A stretch of DNA of 63,091 bases, counting the filler. It is 7 parts of 7 records of this genome, joined end to end, with 100 filler letters (N's around TTAATTAATTAA, not from the genome) between each part and the next. Parts side by side here need not be neighbours in the genome. Positions count along the whole stretch, not along the records: positions 22,398 to 34,008 come from DRR723986_7458; positions 34,109 to 50,074 come from DRR723986_7460; 5 more parts are not named here. One strand, written 5' to 3'. Below the pieces are notes generated by a model, which was not told the origin of the DNA, searched no databases, and saw nothing but the letters and a program-made list of their open reading frames with translations. Shown here one piece after another: positions 28,001 to 39,022 of this stretch (the stretch's first letter is position 1; every line of letters starts with the position of its first letter). The translations under genes and the position numbers were made by a program.

Positions 28001-31000
28001 GACTTTCTCGTCTGGTCGAACTGGAAACCGGCGCGTTGCGCATGGCCCCATTTGGCAAGTGATCCCGTGGTGGCACGCCAAAGGGCGCGGATCACCGAAA
28101 TGTACAGCAACTGGCGATAGAACACCCGCTGCATCGGGATAAGCCACAATAGACGGCGATCTTCTTTCGGGTCCAGCTTGAACGCCAGCAGAACGGTGAA
28201 CAGCTCAAGCAGCGGCAAGATCAGATAGGCCAGCAACAGGCTTGGCGGGACGGCCGTTGTCACCGCAGGTTCTGTACCGTTGATCCAGCCCATTACATAG
28301 CCGCCCGCAAGGATCAGCAGGAACAGATCCGCCAAGGGCGCCAGCAGCGGCATCAGATAGCCAAAGATCGCCAGATCGGGCAGGGAAATCAGGCCCAGCT
28401 TGCGCCCCTCAACCACAGCACCCAGATGTTTCCATCCAGCTTGCATCATACCCAGCGACCAGCGCAGACGTTGGGTCAGCAAACCGGACACGGTGGCAGG
28501 CGTTTCGGTTTTGGCCACGGCGCGGTCTTCGTAGATCACGCGATAGTTGGACCGGATCACCGCCATGGTCATGTCGGCGTCTTCGGTCAGGGTCTCAGTC
28601 GAGAAGATCCCCGCCTCCATCAAGGCGGTGGTCCGCCATGCGCCAATGGCACCGGGCACAACGGTAATCGCGTTGAGGTATTCCTTGGCGCGGCGTTCCA
28701 CGCTTTGCGCGGTGATATACTCCAGCGCCTGCAGACGGGTCAGCAGGTTGTTGCGATTGCCCACGACAACACGGCCCGCCACCGCGCCGATATCGGGATC
28801 GCTAAAGTGACCGGCCAGCAGACCCACCGCATCCGGCGCAATCTGCGAATCCGCATCAATGCAGATCAACACATCGCTTTCGGTCTCAAACAGCGCCCGG
28901 TTCATCGCCGCCGATTTGCCGCCGTTCTGTTGGGTCAACACCGTTACATTGGGCAAAGTGTCATAGGGCAGCGCCTTGGCGTAGGTGTCATCGGTGGAGC
29001 CGTCATCCACGACAATAATGTCGAAATAGGGGTACTGGGACTGCAACACCCGTTCGATACATTGGGTGATCACATCGGCCTCGTTATAGGCCGGAATGAC
29101 AACAGTCACGCTGGGCACATCTGCGGCATAGCTGGCCACGTGGCGTTTGCGGCGGGACGTCAGGAACAACAACAGCAATCCGCGGAAGAGGCCAAGGCCA
29201 AAGACCGACCAGAATGTGATCTCAAGCAATGACCAGCTATTGCCAACCGCTTTGAAGGACACACTGCTGAAGGCCGTGCTGATGCCGTCCACATGCGGCA
29301 TCAGGGTTTCGGGGTTGGTATCAAGAAAATCGGCGATAGAGGTGAATTCATACCCCTTGGCCCGCAAATCTGCGATCAGGATAGGCAGGGCCGCAACGGT
29401 CTGGGTTTGGTCGCCGCCGCCGTCATGCAGCAAGACAACGCCGCCCGCGTTCTCTTCGACCTGACGGACCACTTCGGCCGCCAGTTCCTCAGCAGAGGTG
29501 GTCAGCCAGTCGCGCGGCACGATATCCATACCGGTGATGATATATCCGGCCTCTTCCAACGGCAGCAGGGATGCCACTTCCTTGGAGGTGATCGGCCCGC
29601 CGCTGCGCATATAGGGCTCACGATACAGGCGCATGCTACGCCCGGTGATGCCGTTGACCAGCAATTGCACCGAATTCACCTCAACCGTCGCACGGGAGGC
29701 GGAAATGTCGTTCATATGGGGGTGCCAATAGGTGTGCGAACCCAGCTCGTGACCGTCCTCAAGAATGCGTTCAATCAGATCGGGGTTTTGCAGTGCATTG
29801 TGGCCCAGCACAAAGAACGACGCAGGTGTGTTGGTCTCTTTGAGGATATCCAGCGTCTCGGTGGTGTAGTTGCGCACCGGGCCGTCATCAAAGGTCAGCA
29901 CAACCTTGTTGGGGGTGCCGCGCCCATAAAGGCGGACGCTGGCGGGACGGGCCATGCTGTCATATTTGACGTCCAGAACCTGATTTGTCTGCGGGTCCAG
30001 CACGACCTCACGCTGGCCAATCACCGGCATGGAGACAGGGGCCACAAATGGCCCGGAACCAATGCGGTTCACGTAGTTGGTAAACACAACGTTGCTCAGC
30101 GTATCGCCGTCCAGCGGGGTGTCATGCTGCGCCTGATCCAGAACCGCCCAGAGACCGGGATCTTCATAACCAAGGTTCCAAACGCCAACACCGCGCACGC
30201 CGCGCTTTTTCAGCCACATCAACTGATTGTGGGCAGAGGCCGCATCAAGGATCCAGCTGCGGTGCTGGCGGCCTTTGTCATCCACATAGATCGCCTGTGC
30301 GGCACCGGCAGCCGGAATAAAGGTCGGTGTCGCCTCAGCCTCGGCCAAGGCCGATGCCATCTGGGCATAGGGCATTGTGTCCGGCTTGGCCCGGCCCGAG
30401 ACCCAATCCACAGAGAAACTGCCAAGCGCCATCACCAGCTTGTCTTCGGAAACGATGTCCTGCACCGCGATCACACGCTGTTCAAACCAGTCACGGGCCG
30501 CAACCGGGCGCGGGGCGGACCCGACCCATGGTTCCTCAAAACCCTTCACAACAACCAGATCGAGGAAATGATCCGTGACCACCAGATTGGCGTCTTCGGT
30601 GGTGGCCGAGATGACGCCGCAGGACTGGAGGCCCAAATCGGCCATCCGGCTGGCGAAGGGGCGAAACACCTCTGCCAGGGCGGCACTGCCTTTTGCTGCA
30701 ATCAGACTGGCATCTATGCAAAGGCCCACCGCCTCGTCGCTCTTGGCCAGGTCGTCAGCAAAACCAGACAGTGCCGCCGCCACCGCGCGGAGCCCCCTCG
30801 CGGTCTCGAAATAGGAATAGCTTGAAGGATCAAAGCGCAGGATCGGCAAGACCTCGACCCGGCCTTCTTGCTGCGCCACATATCCGCGGACAGCCTCACG
30901 CGCGTCATCGGCCAGACCGCCAACGCGCAAGGCGTCCTGTTCTACACGCAGGTCGAACCACATTGGCATGACCACATCCACAACATCGCAGCTTTCGGTC

Positions 31001-31419
31001 AGGGATGCTGGCGATTCAACCAGATGGCTGGGCACAACCGCATAAACGCGCTGGGCATCTTCGGAGGCGGGTTTCTCGTCAGCAATACAACGATACTTGG
31101 AGGTTTCCTGAAGCGCATAGCGTTCAATCGCAGGCAAATTGCCGCCCGCGCCATGCACATGGCTGGCATGATCATGAGTGCCGGTTTGATGAAACTCACC
31201 TTTGAGTGTGATAATCTCGTCCGGCAGCGCCGCCTTGATCCCGCGTGTCGAGACCAAAGAGATAGAAAACACCACCAGCCAGATCAAAACAGCGGCAAAC
31301 AAGGTCATCGCAGACAGAAGCACCCGCGACCGGCGCCGGTTGCTGGGGTCCAGAAACACCCGATCCGACTTGCCACGTGCAACGCGGGTCTCGGTATATG
31401 AACGCGCAAGGCGGCTCAT
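27997..31419 (-). CDS. Trimodular GH18-like / CE4 deacetylase / GT2 glycosyltransferase
   Basis: WNLGYEDP (GH18-like); TFDDGP, HTYWH, REPY, LLHD (CE4); DDGS, DAD, TED, QRLRW (processive GT2) plus TM helices. Confidence 0.9.
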   Translation of the reverse strand: MSRLARSYTETRVARGKSDRVFLDPSNRRRSRVLLSAMTLFAAVLIWLVVFSISLVSTRGIKAALPDEIITLKGEFHQTGTHDHASHVHGAGGNLPAIERYALQETSKYRCIADEKPASEDAQRVYAVVPSHLVESPASLTESCDVVDVVMPMWFDLRVEQDALRVGGLADDAREAVRGYVAQQEGRVEVLPILRFDPSSYSYFETARGLRAVAAALSGFADDLAKSDEAVGLCIDASLIAAKGSAALAEVFRPFASRMADLGLQSCGVISATTEDANLVVTDHFLDLVVVKGFEEPWVGSAPRPVAARDWFEQRVIAVQDIVSEDKLVMALGSFSVDWVSGRAKPDTMPYAQMASALAEAEATPTFIPAAGAAQAIYVDDKGRQHRSWILDAASAHNQLMWLKKRGVRGVGVWNLGYEDPGLWAVLDQAQHDTPLDGDTLSNVVFTNYVNRIGSGPFVAPVSMPVIGQREVVLDPQTNQVLDVKYDSMARPASVRLYGRGTPNKVVLTFDDGPVRNYTTETLDILKETNTPASFFVLGHNALQNPDLIERILEDGHELGSHTYWHPHMNDISASRATVEVNSVQLLVNGITGRSMRLYREPYMRSGGPITSKEVASLLPLEEAGYIITGMDIVPRDWLTTSAEELAAEVVRQVEENAGGVVLLHDGGGDQTQTVAALPILIADLRAKGYEFTSIADFLDTNPETLMPHVDGISTAFSSVSFKAVGNSWSLLEITFWSVFGLGLFRGLLLLFLTSRRKRHVASYAADVPSVTVVIPAYNEADVITQCIERVLQSQYPYFDIIVVDDGSTDDTYAKALPYDTLPNVTVLTQQNGGKSAAMNRALFETESDVLICIDADSQIAPDAVGLLAGHFSDPDIGAVAGRVVVGNRNNLLTRLQALEYITAQSVERRAKEYLNAITVVPGAIGAWRTTALMEAGIFSTETLTEDADMTMAVIRSNYRVIYEDRAVAKTETPATVSGLLTQRLRWSLGMMQAGWKHLGAVVEGRKLGLISLPDLAIFGYLMPLLAPLADLFLLILAGGYVMGWINGTEPAVTTAVPPSLLLAYLILPLLELFTVLLAFKLDPKEDRRLLWLIPMQRVFYRQLLYISVIRALWRATTGSLAKWGHAQRAGFQFDQTRKS

Positions 31420-32160
31420 CCACGGGATCCTTCGGTATTGCGTACTGTTGTCTTCATCGGGCGGCAGCCTTTGGTCTACATGTCAAAGACCGGACAAACC
31501 CTGAGCCGCGCCAGCAAAGCGCCGTCCAAAATCTGTAGCCCGGTCCATTTGGTCTAGTTGGTTGCAATACCCCCCAGGACTTGCCGTATTGGCAGGTCCG
31601 CACTGGCAGTGCGCGCTAGGTCGGTCTGGCCACCCTCCAGAAAGACCCACTAGAATTCAGTTCTCAATTCGCGGGAAATCCGCCAACATTGAAGAGAATG
31701 AGCGTAGTATATGTCGAAAATTGGGCGAGTCATCAAACGGCACATTTTTGCCCTGATTTGCAGGGCAATGTGGCACCATTGTTTCTGAGACGAGGTTTAT
31801 CTGCGTGATCAGCCAAGATTATTGAATGGCGAAGACCGCATCGGTTGATTTCTGCGAATTTGACACAGCCTTTGACTGAAAGTTCCGCGAATTTGTCATG
31901 TGATTCTTTAAAAATGACAGGGCCGGATTTTCAATCGCGTTTGGCCGCAAAAGCAATCCTCTACATAGTTAACCGATTCTGACCCTAGTCCAAGGTCGCG
32001 GGCCTTGCCGCACTCGCATTGGGCCAAAGACACGCCGCTGTCCCCCAGACCGGCGGCAGCGATTAACAGCATGTTAGAAAATCTGGCTGAGGTTTCGAAG
32101 ACGTCCGGCGGCCAGACCAAACGCGCTGCTGGTCCGCAAAAACCGAAGAGGATCAACCAG

Positions 32161-32697
32161 ATGCAGATCAAGAAAACCTGTTTGCAGGTCACGATGGCGC
32201 TCGGCCTGATGCTGGGTGCAGGGGCCGCGCAGGCCGAACAACAATTCAGCGCGTTTTTGACCGGTTACAGCTATTGGGACAACACGCCGCGCGGCTCAAC
32301 GGCCATTGCGCGACCCGTTTTGCACAGGGGCGCAGGCGGCACCGGCACCTATGCCGACCCTGTCACCCTCGCGGTCGGCCATGTCAAACGCGGCAGCCGC
32401 AGCATTATGGACTTCCCCGCTGGCACGCGGTTCTATTTCCCGCGCCTGCGCAAATACGCCATCGTCGAAGATCTCTGCGGTGATGGGAATGCGCCCCAAA
32501 ACGGGCCCTGTCACAGCGGCTATAAGGGCTATGTCTGGCTCGACATATATGTGGACGGACGACGTGCCGGGAATGCTGCGGCCAATCAATGTATGCGCCG
32601 GCTGACGGGCATTCAGCGGGCGATCATCAATCCCAAACGCAACTACCCCGTCGAGAAGGGCGCAATTACCGAAACCGGGTGCCGCGTGTTCCGATAG
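32161..32697 (+). CDS. Secreted hypothetical protein, possible 3D/DPBB fold
   Basis: Signal peptide ending AQA; TGYSYWDNTP, GTGTYADPVTLA, VEDLC, WLDIY. Confidence 0.65.
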   Translation: MQIKKTCLQVTMALGLMLGAGAAQAEQQFSAFLTGYSYWDNTPRGSTAIARPVLHRGAGGTGTYADPVTLAVGHVKRGSRSIMDFPAGTRFYFPRLRKYAIVEDLCGDGNAPQNGPCHSGYKGYVWLDIYVDGRRAGNAAANQCMRRLTGIQRAIINPKRNYPVEKGAITETGCRVFR

Positions 32698-32706
32698 GCC
32701 CACAAA

Positions 32707-32736
32707 AACGGTCAGGCGCTGCGGCACCTGACCGTT
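32707..32736. terminator. Probable bidirectional intrinsic terminator
   Basis: AACGGTCAGG...CCTGACCGTT hairpin between convergent genes. Confidence 0.65.
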
Positions 32737-32755
32737 CTGTTCTCCGGGCCGTGGT

Positions 32756-33901
32756 TCAAACGATCTGCAAAAGCAATTTGCGGGTATTTTCCTCGGTCAT
32801 CTCAACAGGATTGCCGCCGGTGCTTGGGTCTTTCAGTGCGCCCGCGACGATGCGGTCAATATCGGGGTTCTCGATCCCCAGCTCACCCAGATTGCGCGGC
32901 ACTTGAAACAGCGCGTTGAAATCATCGACAAAGGCGCAGAACCCGTCAAAGCCGCCGTCGATATCCAGATAACGCGCCGCCTTATCAAACACGCCGCGGA
33001 TGGCGGGCGCGTTGAACTTCAGGACCGCCGGCATGCAGACCGCATTCGTGGTGCCATGGTGCGTGTGGTACATTGCGCCAATCGGGTGCGACAGGGCGTG
33101 GATTGCACCAAGCCCCTTCTGAAATGCCGTGGCCCCCATCGCCGCGGCGGACATCATATGGGCGCGTGCCTCAATATCTGTGCCATCCGCATAGGCGCGG
33201 GGCAGGTATTCCTTGACCAAACGCATGCCTTCCAGCGCCATACCCTGCGACATTGGATGATAATGCGGCGAGGAAAACGCCTCGACACAATGGGCAAAGG
33301 CATCAAGGCCGGTGCCTGCCGTGATAAACTGCGGCATGCCGACAGTCAGCTCAGGGTCACAAATCACCACGCTGGGCAGGAATTTGGGATGGAAGATGAT
33401 CTTTTTCTCTTCGGTCTCGGAATTGGTGATCACTGAGGCGCGACCTACCTCGGAACCAGTGCCTGCCGTGGTTGGCACCGCCACAATCGGCGCAATGGCG
33501 TCCGCATCGGCGCGGGTCCACCAATCGCCAATATCTTCAAAATCCCACAAAGGGCGGGTCTGGCCAGCAAGGAAAGCCACCAACTTGCCCAGATCAAGGC
33601 CAGAGCCACCGCCAAAAGCAACCACGCCATCATGGCCCCCCTCGTTAAAGGCCTTCACCCCCGCTTCGGCGTTTTTCTCATTCGGGTTCGGGTCAACATC
33701 GGCAAAGATCGCCCGCCCCATGCCCGCCGCCTCAAGCAGATCCAGCGTGCGGGTTGTGATCTCCATGTTGGCCAAACCGCGATCCGTGATCAGTAGCGGC
33801 TTGGTGATGCCAGCGGCCTTGCAGGCATCAGCAATTTCGGAAATGCGCCCCGCACCAAAGCGGACGGCGGTGGGATAGGACCAATTTGCAGTGAGCGTCA
33901 T
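32756..33901 (-). CDS. Iron-containing alcohol dehydrogenase
   Basis: GGGSGLD, PTTAGTGSE, DAFAHCVE, HALSH, HHG. Confidence 0.93.
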   Translation of the reverse strand: MTLTANWSYPTAVRFGAGRISEIADACKAAGITKPLLITDRGLANMEITTRTLDLLEAAGMGRAIFADVDPNPNEKNAEAGVKAFNEGGHDGVVAFGGGSGLDLGKLVAFLAGQTRPLWDFEDIGDWWTRADADAIAPIVAVPTTAGTGSEVGRASVITNSETEEKKIIFHPKFLPSVVICDPELTVGMPQFITAGTGLDAFAHCVEAFSSPHYHPMSQGMALEGMRLVKEYLPRAYADGTDIEARAHMMSAAAMGATAFQKGLGAIHALSHPIGAMYHTHHGTTNAVCMPAVLKFNAPAIRGVFDKAARYLDIDGGFDGFCAFVDDFNALFQVPRNLGELGIENPDIDRIVAGALKDPSTGGNPVEMTEENTRKLLLQIV

Positions 33902-33905
33902 CGGA

Positions 33906-34008
33906 TCAGGCTTTCTTTAGATGATAGGATTTGGGCCGTGTCAGGTTGTGATAGCCGATGATCGACAATCCCCCACCACGCCCGGTGTCTTTGCAGCCGG
34001 TCCAGCAC
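33906..34008 (-). CDS. Aldehyde dehydrogenase, C-terminal end
   Basis: Translates ...WTGCKDTGRGGGLSIIGYHNLTRPKSYHLKKA*. Confidence 0.7.
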
Positions 34009-34108
34009 NNNNNNNNNNNNNNNNNNNNNNNNNNNNNNNNNNNNNNNNNNNNTTAATTAATTAANNNNNNNNNNNNNNNNNNNNNNNNNNNNNNNNNNNN
34101 NNNNNNNN
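34009..34108. other. Artificial contig linker
   Basis: N-run + TTAATTAATTAA + N-run. Confidence 0.98.
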
Positions 34109-35353
34109 GCACATGGAACAGCCCGGCTCGCGCCACTCAAACCCGGCGTCGATAAATATTTTATCAAGGCCTTCTTCCTCGGCCTGTAATTTCACCAACC
34201 CGGAACCCGGCACAATCAGGGCCTCAACCACAGTGTCTGCTTTCTTGCGGCCTTTAATCACAGCAGCGGCCTCGCGCATGTCTTCAATACGGCTATTAGT
34301 GCAGGAGCCGACAAACACCCGGTCAACGGCAATGTCCGTGATCGCCTGACCGGCAGACAAGCCCATATATTCAAGCGCTTTGGTCGCACCTTCTTGCTTA
34401 GAAGGCTCAGTGAATGTTTCGGGTGCAGGCACATGACCGGTTACCGGCACCACATCTTCAGGGCTGGTGCCCCAGGTTACCTGCGGCACAATATCACTAC
34501 CGTTGAGGACAATCTCTTTGTCAAACGCCGCACCCTCGTCGCTACGCAGGGACTTCCAGTGCGCAAGGGCGGCTTCCCATTGCCCCGCCTTAGGCGAATA
34601 AGGCCTGCCCTTCATGTAATTGAAGGTCTTATCATCAGGTGCCACAAGGCCAGCGCGCGCACCCGCCTCGATCGACATATTGCACAGCGTCATGCGGCCT
34701 TCCATCGATAGCGCTTCGATCACCGGGCCAGCATATTCAATCACGTGGCCAGTACCGCCTGCGGTGCCAATCACACCGATAATAGCAAGCGCCACATCTT
34801 TGGCCGAACAGCCAATGGGGATTACGCCCGTAACAGTAACGCGCATGTTTTTGGCTTTTTTCAAGAGCAGCGTTTGGGTTGCCAGCACATGCTCCACCTC
34901 GCTGGTGCCAATACCAAATGCCAACGCGCCAAACGCACCGTGGGTAGATGTATGGCTATCGCCGCACACCATGGTAACGCCCGGCTGGGTAAAACCCTGC
35001 TCAGGGCCAATAACATGCACAATGCCCTGCCGCGCATCAGTCATGGGGATATAGTCAAGGCCGTATTCTCTGGAATTGGCTTCAAGGGCCTCTAGCTGGG
35101 CCACCGACATATCGTCGGGGTTTTCCTGGTCACGGTCTTTCGTCGGCACGTTATGGTCGGGTACGGCAATGATCGAATCAAGCCGCCTGATATCGCGGCC
35201 AGCCGCACGCAGGCCATCAAATGCCTGGGGCGAAGTTACCTCATGCACCAAATGCCGGTCGATATAGATAAGGCCAACGCCTTCACCGCGTTCTTCAACC
35301 AGATGAAAATCCCATATTTTATCGTACATGGTTTTTGGCGTTGTTTTTGGCAT
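34109..35353 (-). CDS. leuC: 3-isopropylmalate dehydratase large subunit (3' truncated)
   Basis: [33 protein letters not shown]. Confidence 0.96.
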
Positions 35354-35462
35354 TTCAGTACTCCGTATCAACTCGCGCGCGTATTTCATTTCCTAAGGTT
35401 CAGACCTGATACATTCAATGAACAAGATCATTTGAACCGCATCGGCTGTAGCCAGAAAAACG

Positions 35463-35495
35463 AAAAACGGGAGAAGGTTTTTCACCCACTCCCGT
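35463..35495 (-). terminator. Putative terminator between rplS and leuC
   Basis: ACGGGAG...CTCCCGT stem followed by a U-run on the minus strand. Confidence 0.5.
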
Positions 35496-35567
35496 CTTTA
35501 TCTGTCCGCTCAGCCTTGCGCAACAAATTTAGCGTGCGGGGCCGAACTTTGAAATATTATGTCGCAA

Positions 35568-35939
35568 TTATTTGCGGTTAAAATCTTTCTTCTCGGCGAT
35601 GCGGGCTGATTTACCCGTGCGGCCACGCAGATAATATAGCTTGGCGCGGCGTACTTTACCGCGGCGCACAACTTCAATGCCTTCAACTGCTGGGCCGTAA
35701 AGCGGGAACACACGCTCAACACCTTCACCGTACGACAGTTTGCGTACTGTGAAGTTGGAGCTGATGCCTTTGTGAGAGCGTGCAATGCAAACGCCTTCAA
35801 ATGCCTGTGTCCGCTCACGGTCACCTTCACGGATTTTCACCGCAACGCGCAGGGTGTCACCCGCTGCAAATTCAGGAATCTCTTTGCCTTCCGTCATCTT
35901 GGCAATTTGTTCCTGCTCAAGTTTCTGTATCGTATTCAT
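35568..35939 (-). CDS. rplS: 50S ribosomal protein L19
   Basis: [29 protein letters not shown]. Confidence 0.97.
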   Translation of the reverse strand: MNTIQKLEQEQIAKMTEGKEIPEFAAGDTLRVAVKIREGDRERTQAFEGVCIARSHKGISSNFTVRKLSYGEGVERVFPLYGPAVEGIEVVRRGKVRRAKLYYLRGRTGKSARIAEKKDFNRK

Positions 35940-35941
35940 GT

Positions 35942-36661
35942 TCAGTCCTTTGCTTTTTTGCCCCGCACATAGGACGACCACATGTCTGGCCGGCGTATCC
36001 GAGTTATTTCTTCTGCTCGTTCTCGTCGCCATTCAGCGACTTTACCATGATGGCCGCTCGTAAGAACCGCCGGTATCTCTTTACCCTCCCAAACTTGGGG
36101 GCGAGTATAATGCGGGTACTCCAGGAGCCCACTTTCAAAACTTTCTTCTTCCAGTGTTGCTTCTGCTCCCATAATGCCAGGCAGCATCCGCACCACCGCG
36201 TCCAGCATAACCATTGCCGCAGGCTCACCGCCTGACAAGACAACGTCACCGACGCTTATCTCTTCTACCCCGCGGGCCTCAAGAACACGTTCATCAACGC
36301 CTTCGAAGCGACCGCAAAGTATGGTCACACCGCCTGCCTGTTGCCACCTTTTGGCCTCGGATTGGTCGAAGGTTCGACCACGCGGGCTCATGTAAACAAC
36401 TGGCCAATTAGGGTCTGCATTTTCTGCAGCGGCGTCAAACGCCTTGCCCAAAATATCGGCACGCATCACCATTCCGGGACCACCTCCAGCAGGGGTATCG
36501 TCCACGGAGCGGTGCTTATCGCTCGAAAAATCTCGAATGTCCAGCGTTTTTAACGCCCATTTTTCAGCCTCTAACCCGCGCCCAGCAAGCGATGCGCCCA
36601 GAACACCGGGGAACATTTCCGGAAACAGGGTTAAAACCTGCGCTATAAACAAGGGTTTCAC
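35942..36661 (-). CDS. trmD: tRNA (guanine-N1)-methyltransferase
   Basis: [42 protein letters not shown]. Confidence 0.97.
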   Translation of the reverse strand: MKPLFIAQVLTLFPEMFPGVLGASLAGRGLEAEKWALKTLDIRDFSSDKHRSVDDTPAGGGPGMVMRADILGKAFDAAAENADPNWPVVYMSPRGRTFDQSEAKRWQQAGGVTILCGRFEGVDERVLEARGVEEISVGDVVLSGGEPAAMVMLDAVVRMLPGIMGAEATLEEESFESGLLEYPHYTRPQVWEGKEIPAVLTSGHHGKVAEWRRERAEEITRIRRPDMWSSYVRGKKAKD

Positions 36662-37263
36662 GCGCTATCCCCTTGTTCCATTTGGCTTTCTGCTTGTTTT
36701 CCGGTTTGCGATTCCTGCCATTCAGCGAAGGCAATGGTTAGGAAACCACCCTTAATATCAATGGTAGGCACCAAGGCTTTGCGGAACGGAATGAAGGCAA
36801 AACGGCCTAAACCTTTAACCGGTTCGTCGAGAATCAGTTCAATCAAGTCTTCAGAGCCAAAGTTTTCCACCGCTTCAACAATGCCTATTTTGGTACCCTT
36901 TTCATCTCGGGCTTCAAGGCCAATCAGGTCAGCCAGATAAAACTCGTCTTCGGCAGCATCGGGCAAAAAGCCGCGGTGCACGAATAACTGGCGGCTAGGT
37001 AAAGCCGTGACCGCCTCAGGCGTATCAATACCGTCAATGTGCACAATGAAGCCGTCTTTGCTTTTGCCGCGTTTGACGAGCGAGATAACTTTGCCGCCGG
37101 CACCCAACCGTAACTCTTCAAACTTGAATATGCCTACCGGGTTTTCGGTGAATGACTTCAATCGCATGTCGCCGCGCACACCGTGCGGCGCACCCAGCGA
37201 CCCAACCTCAACCCAGTCGACTGTCTCACTTGATTGGTTATTATTTTTGAAGCCTTGTTTCAC
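36658..37263 (-). CDS. rimM: 16S rRNA processing protein RimM
   Basis: [21 protein letters not shown]; position in the trmD operon. Confidence 0.93.
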   Translation of the reverse strand: MKQGFKNNNQSSETVDWVEVGSLGAPHGVRGDMRLKSFTENPVGIFKFEELRLGAGGKVISLVKRGKSKDGFIVHIDGIDTPEAVTALPSRQLFVHRGFLPDAAEDEFYLADLIGLEARDEKGTKIGIVEAVENFGSEDLIELILDEPVKGLGRFAFIPFRKALVPTIDIKGGFLTIAFAEWQESQTGKQAESQMEQGDSA

Positions 37264-37439
37264 ATGTAGCTCTGTCGCTTGCCTATTGCCTTATGTCCCG
37301 CACTGTCTATGGCGTGGCATTAGACGAGTCAACGGCATTTCATGCTGGCTTGATTGCCCCACAGACTTCAACCGACTACACAAACCAGATCTAACAAGAT
37401 ATAGCTTAGCCTCAACCGGCTTTCTGGAGGGAACATATC

Positions 37440-38945
37440 GTGCGTTTAAAATTTGCAGCTATTTCAGCACTAATCCTATTGGCATCCGCTATATATACGC
37501 CGCACTACTATGCCCATGCGGACGATACCGCCCGTGAGCGTACTGCAAATGATGACTTTACCTCCACCAGAATAAATGTAGGCCTCCAGCCAGACATTCG
37601 CATCCAAGGCGCACCCACAATACTCAGCACGCTAAAAGAGCGCATGGCACACCATAAAGTGCCTGGTGTATCGATTGCTTTTCTGCAAGACGGTGAAATT
37701 CTCTGGACCCATACAGAAGGCGTTATCGACTACGCTAGCCAGAAACCAGTGAACAAAGACACCGTGTTTCAAGCTGCCAGCATTTCAAAGCCTGTATTTG
37801 CCGCGGTCTTAATGAAATATAGGCAGGACCACGGCCTAGATTTAGATGCTGATATCAACAGCCTTTTGACCAGTTGGCAGCTTCCCGCGCACCAATGGTC
37901 TGCCAGCCATCCGGTTACACTCAGGCGTTTACTCAGCCATTCAGCAGGCACAACAGTGCATGGCTTTGGTGGGTATGCTGCAGGGAAACCGGTGCCTTCA
38001 ATCCTTAATGTTCTCAACGGCGATGGGCCTGCTAATTCGGCAGCCGTTGTTGTTGACATTCAACCCGGTAGTCAGTTTCGCTACTCAGGTGGCGGCACAA
38101 CAGTGGCCCAGTTGGCTTTGCAAGATGTATCGGGCACGGTCTTGCCTGAAATGGCTCAGCGCACGCTTTTTGACCCGCTGGGCATGACGCATAGCCGCTA
38201 CGCCCAACCACTGGATGCAGATATGGCCGAGAACGCTGCCGTTCCATACAATGCCAAGGGAAAAGCAGTTGAAGGCGGCGCCCATACATACGCGACACTG
38301 GCCGCTGCAGGCCTATGGACAACACCCTCTGACTTGCTGCTTTTTGCCAATAGCATTCAACAATCTGCTGGCGGCGAGAAAAATAGCTTTCTGAGCCAAG
38401 CCGCCGCCACCGAGATGCTGACGCCGCAAATGAAACCTGTTGGCATTGGCTTTTTCCTGGCAACGGGCAAAGATAAAAACGACGCATACACAGCCTTCGG
38501 GCATGGCGGCGCAAATGCAGGCTTCAGGGCCGATCTTTTTGCCCATATAAATTCTGACGACGGCATTGCTATTATGACTAACAGCGATAACGGCGGGGCC
38601 TTGATAAAGGAAATTAAGAACCGGGCCGCAGAAATTTATGGCTGGTCTGAGATAAGCCCCACCTTAAAAACAATGGCGCCCTATTCTCAAGAGCTACAAA
38701 AATCTTTCGTTGGCACATACGAAATTACACGCCCTATCCAAGCAACGCTAACGGTCGAAGCTAAAGGCAAAGGGTTGGTTATTAATATGCCAGACTATAT
38801 CGATAATGTGCCTTTTTACATTGAAAGCGCTGAGAAAATTTTCTCTCTCGCTGGCATGGACGTAAACGTGGTTCGCACCGACGAAGACGTCATTGAAAGG
38901 CTGACCTTATGGGGTACAGAGGCCGTCAAGCTTGTAGAAAAATAA
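37440..38945 (+). CDS. Secreted serine hydrolase (class C beta-lactamase/peptidase S12 family)
   Basis: Signal peptide; FQAASISK (SxxK), LLSHSAG, FRYSGG, GHGG. Confidence 0.88.
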   Translation: MRLKFAAISALILLASAIYTPHYYAHADDTARERTANDDFTSTRINVGLQPDIRIQGAPTILSTLKERMAHHKVPGVSIAFLQDGEILWTHTEGVIDYASQKPVNKDTVFQAASISKPVFAAVLMKYRQDHGLDLDADINSLLTSWQLPAHQWSASHPVTLRRLLSHSAGTTVHGFGGYAAGKPVPSILNVLNGDGPANSAAVVVDIQPGSQFRYSGGGTTVAQLALQDVSGTVLPEMAQRTLFDPLGMTHSRYAQPLDADMAENAAVPYNAKGKAVEGGAHTYATLAAAGLWTTPSDLLLFANSIQQSAGGEKNSFLSQAAATEMLTPQMKPVGIGFFLATGKDKNDAYTAFGHGGANAGFRADLFAHINSDDGIAIMTNSDNGGALIKEIKNRAAEIYGWSEISPTLKTMAPYSQELQKSFVGTYEITRPIQATLTVEAKGKGLVINMPDYIDNVPFYIESAEKIFSLAGMDVNVVRTDEDVIERLTLWGTEAVKLVEK

Positions 38946-38957
38946 CTGTGTCTTACC

Positions 38958-38996
38958 AAAAAAAACGGCACCCTGAATAAACAGAGCGCCGTTTTT
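38958..38996. terminator. Bidirectional intrinsic terminator
   Basis: AAAAACGGC...GCCGTTTTT between the convergent hydrolase gene and rpsP. Confidence 0.75.
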
Positions 38997-39022
38997 GTAT
39001 CTGAATAACGAAGAAAAGCTTA

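Noticed and set aside
35460-35567. Leucine attenuator leader before leuC
   Set aside because: A few Leu codons precede the hairpin but that frame has no start codon; a plain terminator is simpler
37440-38945. Antibiotic resistance gene (AmpC)
   Set aside because: YxN is replaced by YSG and KTG by HGG, with an extra C-terminal domain; fits the wider serine hydrolase family
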